DNA of 63,846 bases, the filler included, from Stramenopiles sp. TOSAG23-2 (Eukaryota): assembly GCA_900128395.1 (NCBI GenBank). It is 8 parts of 8 records of this genome, joined end to end, with 100 filler letters (N's around TTAATTAATTAA, not from the genome) between each part and the next. Parts side by side here need not be neighbours in the genome. Positions count along the whole stretch, not along the records: positions 62,290 to 63,846 come from LT652682.1; 7 more parts are not named here. The stretch is one strand, 5' to 3'. Below are positions 62,190 through 63,846 of the stretch, in pieces; position 1 is the stretch's first letter; every line of letters begins with the position of its first letter. The notes below the pieces were generated by a model. The model was not told the origin of the DNA. It saw nothing but the letters and a program-made list of their open reading frames with translations, and did no database searches. Position numbers and translations under genes: made by a program.

Positions 62190-62901
62190 NNNNNNNNNNN
62201 NNNNNNNNNNNNNNNNNNNNNNNNNNNNNNNNNTTAATTAATTAANNNNNNNNNNNNNNNNNNNNNNNNNNNNNNNNNNNNNNNNNNNNGCCAAAAATTT
62301 ATTACTTGAAAAAGTACATTACCAATATAGACCTTGCGAGGCAACTTAGAGATAAAAAATATATGATACGAAGTTCGTATAAATATAGAGTGTGTTTTTT
62401 TTAAATTATACTCGTATTAAAAATATATTTTTTTACCTTTTCGACTACTTCGATTTTCAGAGCCAAGTGGTGATGTACAAATTATTTGCGAATCTTGATC
62501 CTTTTCACAAGAAACCATATTTATACTTCATTGGTATTTTCGATTATGAGAATATCAACACACTACACTTGTGTGAGATAGATTATTTCAGTTATTTTAT
62601 TCTTTTGAAGAGTAGGAATTATCATGAGTAAATTAAAAATAAATTATGCGTAAATTAAATTATATATATATTAAAAAAAATATTTTTTAGTAATCGTGTG
62701 ATGTGAATGGCTGCAGAGATCTGAGATCACAATTGAAAGAAATGGTGCAGAGGGAAGAGGAGGAAGTAAAATGTGAAAAATATATTGAGACGAAGTTCGT
62801 AATATTTTTTTAATTTAAGTGCTCTCATTTTACGAGAAGAAAAAATTCATCTCTCTCTGTTCTATATCTCTTCTCCACCTCGCACTTAAAGAAAAACACA
62901 A

Positions 62902-63606
62902 TCAAAAATGATTGTGACTCAATTCAATATGTTGATCGGAATGAGATTGAATTTCATTCGTTTGTTGCATTTCACTTTCACGTTCTTTACTATTTTCTAC
63001 ATACGCATTATAATCATTTATACATTTCAATGCTTCCTGTCTCATTTTCATGGTTAATTTCCTTAAATTACGAAGGCATATCTCTTGCTTTTCTTTCATC
63101 CTTTTCAATTTATATTTTTCTTTCTTATTATGTAAATGTAACAAATCATTTTTTTTCATAACAAGTTCATCCATATTATTTGTATGTTGATGCTTTTGTT
63201 GAATTAATTCATTTTTGACATCTTTCCAATTGTTCTCTAAAAGTTTTTGTCGTTCTTTCTCAATATTACGAGAGTGCTTAATAGCTATTCCCAATTTGCT
63301 CAAAAGTAATTTTAATTTAGTTATTCTCTTCTTATGTTTTTTCATCTGAATACCATGGTTGTGTGGATGATATGTTACTCGTTTTGTAATAAGAATTTGT
63401 TGTTTCAGTTCCAAAAAAGAGTTCATATATGTTGCTTTTAATTTTTGTAATGAGGATGATGTTTCAAACATTTCTAATAAATTAGATGATAATGATGACA
63501 TTTGTTCATTTTCGTCTTCCAAATTCGTTAGTTTTTCTACCACGTGTGCTTGTAAATGATCAATTGTCTTCAATGTCAAACATAGAACATACAGGATTGT
63601 GTACAT
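62902..63606 (-). CDS. Coiled-coil protein of unknown function
   Basis: 234-aa ORF rich in K/E/L/Q heptads. Confidence 0.55.
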   Translation of the reverse strand: MYTILYVLCLTLKTIDHLQAHVVEKLTNLEDENEQMSSLSSNLLEMFETSSSLQKLKATYMNSFLELKQQILITKRVTYHPHNHGIQMKKHKKRITKLKLLLSKLGIAIKHSRNIEKERQKLLENNWKDVKNELIQQKHQHTNNMDELVMKKNDLLHLHNKKEKYKLKRMKEKQEICLRNLRKLTMKMRQEALKCINDYNAYVENSKERESEMQQTNEIQSHSDQHIELSHNHF

Positions 63607-63846
63607 CTAGTCGCCTAACGCTAATGCTATGTGTGTGTTGTGTGTAGGGAGATAGACGACTAGTATACAGTTATATAGCTACCGTACATAGTATAAGATA
63701 TAATAATGTGGATATATCTGTTATTTATTTATTATTATTCATTTATTCTTCTTCTTCTTCTTGTACTGCAAGTGCTACTACTCTTATAAAATGTCATACA
63801 AACCAACAAAAAAACCAATTAAAAAAGGATATACGCGACCAATAGA

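Noticed and set aside
53890-62289. Regular ~1660-bp periodicity of TTAATTAATTAA as a biological repeat or CRISPR-like array
   Set aside because: It is an artificial linker embedded in N runs; the period reflects size-sorted contigs.

Overview
AT-rich, gene-dense, mostly intronless nuclear DNA of a flagellated protist, read with the standard genetic code. Poly-Asn and poly-Asp runs, ciliary genes and a eukaryotic tRNA-Pro support this; a stramenopile-like origin is inference only. The window is not one locus. It is 8 unlinked contigs (26914, 26875, 1561, 1560, 1560, 1560, 1559, 1557 bp, in descending size) joined by 100-nt N-TTAATTAATTAA-N spacers. It also has about 10 short tandem duplications that look like unmerged assembly or allele overlaps. 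Housekeeping genes recognised: GCNA/SprT, GSKIP, EMC6, TPX2, a BEACH protein, a DnaJ protein, a kinesin, SAYSD1, PGLS, a MYND protein, AMP deaminase, CFAP92-like, FIGNL1, ankyrin proteins and tRNA-Pro(AGG). Most notable: (1) an intact bacterial/giant-virus-type PseB/FlaA1 UDP-GlcNAc 4,6-dehydratase among eukaryotic genes, near a decayed minimal ATP-dependent DNA ligase; (2) a kinesin with an internal IFT54/MIP-T3-type CH domain; (3) an unannotated OST4-like micro-ORF 10 nt upstream of SAYSD1, a possible bicistron; (4) a TET/JBP-related 2OG-Fe(II) dioxygenase; (5) a secretory PDZ-PDZ-PA-PA protein ending in a degenerate J-domain; (6) shared promoter-like motifs (TGTAGAGAGGATCC palindromes, CCWGG and GCCAGCC clusters).
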